Source: Candidatus Karelsulcia muelleri PSPU
GTDB taxonomy: Bacteria; Bacteroidota; Bacteroidia; Flavobacteriales; Blattabacteriaceae
DNA length: 32,000 bases
Assembly: GCF_000829155.1 (NCBI RefSeq)
Contig: NZ_AP013293.1
Span: forward strand, 1-32,000
Reading direction: 5' to 3'
The notes beneath the pieces are model-generated. The model was given only the letters and a program-made list of their open reading frames with translations, made no database searches and was not told the origin of the DNA. Positions within the stretch are counted from its first letter, which is position 1, and every line of letters begins with the position of its first letter. Below, one piece after another: positions 30,020-32,000 of the stretch. Made by a program: the position numbers and the translations under genes.

Positions 30020-31809
30020 TTAAAATTTTAAAATTGAAATAAAAGCAGATTGAGGTATATCTACCCAACCAATTGTTCTCATTTTTTTTTTACCCTTTTT
30101 TTGTTTTTCTAATAATTTACGTTTTCTAGTAACATCTCCTCCATAACATTTAGAAATAACATTTTTACGAAGTGATCTAATGGTTTCTCTAGAAATAATT
30201 TTTTTACCTATAGCTGCTTGAATAGGTATTTCAAATTGTTGTTTTGGAATTATTTTACTAAGGTTGTTACATATTTTTTTTCCTATTGAAAAAGAATTTT
30301 TTATATGTACTAATGTTGATAAAGCATCTACAATTTTTCCATTTATTAAAATATCAATTTTAACCATATCTGATTTTCTATACTCTAAATGAGTATAATC
30401 AAAAGAAGCATAACCCTTAGATAGGGTTTTTAATTTATCATAAAAATCAAAAATAATCTCAGAAAGAGGTAATTCAAAAATAAGTTCCACTCTATTATTA
30501 GTGATATATGATTGATTTTTTATTACTCCTCTTTTTTCAATACATAATTGCATTATTCCCCCTATGTATTTAGCAATAGTTATTATATAAGCTTTTATAT
30601 AAGGTTCTTCAATTTTTTCTAATTGATTTTTATCAGGTAAATCATAAGGATTATTAATTAATAATGGATTTTTTGAACTCTTTTTTAAATAAGCATTATA
30701 ATGTACATTTGGAAGAGTAGTAATAACATCTATATTATATTCACGTTCAAGTCTTTCTTTCATTATTTCCATATGTAGCATACCTAAAAAACCACATCTA
30801 AAACCAGTTCCTAGCGCATAGGATGTTTCTGGTGTAAATGATAAAGAAGAATCATTTAAATGTAATTTTGCTATAGCAATTCTTAATTCTTTATATTTTT
30901 CATTTTCTCTAGGATATATTCCTGCAAATAACATTGGTTTTACTTCTTTAAATCCTCCTATAGGTTTTTTTGCTGGATTTTTAACTTCTGTTAATGTATC
31001 TCCTACTTTTACTTCAGAAGGATTTTTTATTCCAGCAATTAAATAACCTACATTACCTGCATTAAGCATTTTTTTTTTTATATTTTTTAATTTAAATATT
31101 CCAATTTCCTCAACATTATAAACATTATTTGTTGACATAAACTTTATTTTTTGACCTGTTTTTAGAGTACCATTTTTAATACGAAAATATGTTTGTACAC
31201 CTCTAAATGTATTATATATAGAATCAAATATAATAGCTTGTAAAGGAAGTTTAATATCTCCCTTAGGAGCTGGAATTCTACTAATAATAGAATTTAATAT
31301 ATTTTTTATACCTATTCCTTTTTTAGCACTTGTACAAATTATATCATCTTGATTACATCCTAATAATTCTATTATATCATTTTTTACTAACTCAATATTA
31401 GAATTAGGTAAATCTATTTTATTTATAATAGGAATTATAGTAAGGTCTTTTGATAAAGCAAGATATAAATTAGAAATTGTTTGGGATTGTATGCTTTGAG
31501 TTGCATCTATTATAAGTAAAGCACCTTCACAAGCTGATATAGACTAGATACTTCATAAGAAAAATCAACATGACCTGGTGTATCAATTAAATTTAGTATA
31601 TATTTTTTTTCATTATATTCATACTCCATTTGAATTGGATGACTTTTTATTGTAATTCCTCTTTCTCTTTCTAGATCCATACTATCAAGTAATTGATTTT
31701 TTTTTTCTTTTATTGATATAGTATTAGTAAATTCTAATAAACGATCAGCTAATGTGCTTTTACCATGATCTATATGAGCAATAATACAAAAATTTCTTAT
31801 ATAATTCAT
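30020..31809 (-). pseudogene. lepA: Elongation factor 4 (LepA) interrupted by a single 1-nt frameshift near 31543/31544; otherwise full length
   Basis: The N-terminal ORF (31809..31510) has G1 'AHIDHGKST' and G3 '[13 protein letters not shown]'. The C-terminal ORF (31138..30020) is LepA-like throughout. My translation of 31540..31139 in the C-terminal ORF's frame gives '[22 protein letters not shown]...NKIDLP...FRIKNGTLKTGQKIKF' with no stop. Start to stop spans 1790 nt, one short of a multiple of three. Confidence 0.85.
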
Positions 31810-32000
31810 TTAAATTAATTTATTTATTTTTAATGATAAATCTAAAAATACTATTTTAACCATAGCATGATTTTCTATATCGTAAATAGCTTTATTTATT
31901 TCCATGCTTATTTTTTCTATATTTTTTGTATTTATATAAATACAAAAATTATACCAATTAAATTTATTATAAGTAATAGGTATTTCTTTTATTAAAAGAT
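31810..32000 (-). CDS. 3' end of an unidentified protein-coding gene (partial, continues beyond the window)
   Basis: The minus-strand frame is open for all 63 codons from the window edge (…LLIKEIPITYNKFNWYNFCIYINTKNIEKISMEINKAIYDIENHAMVKIVFLDLSLKINKLI*). Its TAA directly abuts the lepA ATG. An open frame this long is uncommon in such stop-rich AT DNA. I do not recognise the family. Confidence 0.4.
   Translation of the reverse strand, partial: LLIKEIPITYNKFNWYNFCIYINTKNIEKISMEINKAIYDIENHAMVKIVFLDLSLKINKLI

Noticed and set aside
29996-30021. Tandem 13-mer 'aaaaatatatttt' repeated twice next to the lepA stop; considered as a CRISPR-like or repeat element
   Set aside because: There are only two units. 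The sequence is pure AT low complexity and self-palindromic, it overlaps the lepA stop codon, and it has no spacers. It is consistent with simple slippage.

Overview
This window is extremely AT-rich: by eye well under a quarter G+C, with Lys/Asn/Ile-rich proteins and many long A or T homopolymers. It is packed almost end to end with core housekeeping genes. I recognise 22 intact protein genes: lipB, yidC, hisS, valS, dnaN, pheT, aroB, gyrA, rpsA, a type II NADH dehydrogenase, rho, prfA, aspS, aroQ, engB, fabF, acpP, atpC, atpD, rsmA, ileS and lspA. There is also one gene broken by a single-base frameshift (lepA), two tRNAs (initiator Met, Asn), one candidate small membrane ORF missing from the ORF track, and an open partial ORF at the right edge. 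Spacers are tiny, and three convergent gene pairs overlap at their 3' ends. Two co-directional blocks look polycistronic: valS-dnaN-pheT-aroB-gyrA-rpsA-ndh on the + strand and atpD-atpC-acpP-fabF-engB on the - strand. The long Bacteroidetes-type IleRS, the detached atpDC pair and the extreme composition point to a strongly reduced Flavobacteriales-like insect endosymbiont that keeps shikimate-pathway genes; this is inference only. I found no CRISPR array, transposase, integrase, phage, toxin-antitoxin or defence-like genes, and no convincing undescribed multi-gene system; this is an ordinary core region. The observations most worth a second look are signs of genome erosion and compaction: the lepA frameshift, a Rho with no canonical start codon for its conserved N-terminus, lspA reading antisense through tRNA-Asn, and a possible relic of a class I synthetase HIGH region upstream of ileS. 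Others are a 42-bp perfect palindrome, an unannotated 43-codon hydrophobic ORF, and domain loss in PheT and GyrA.
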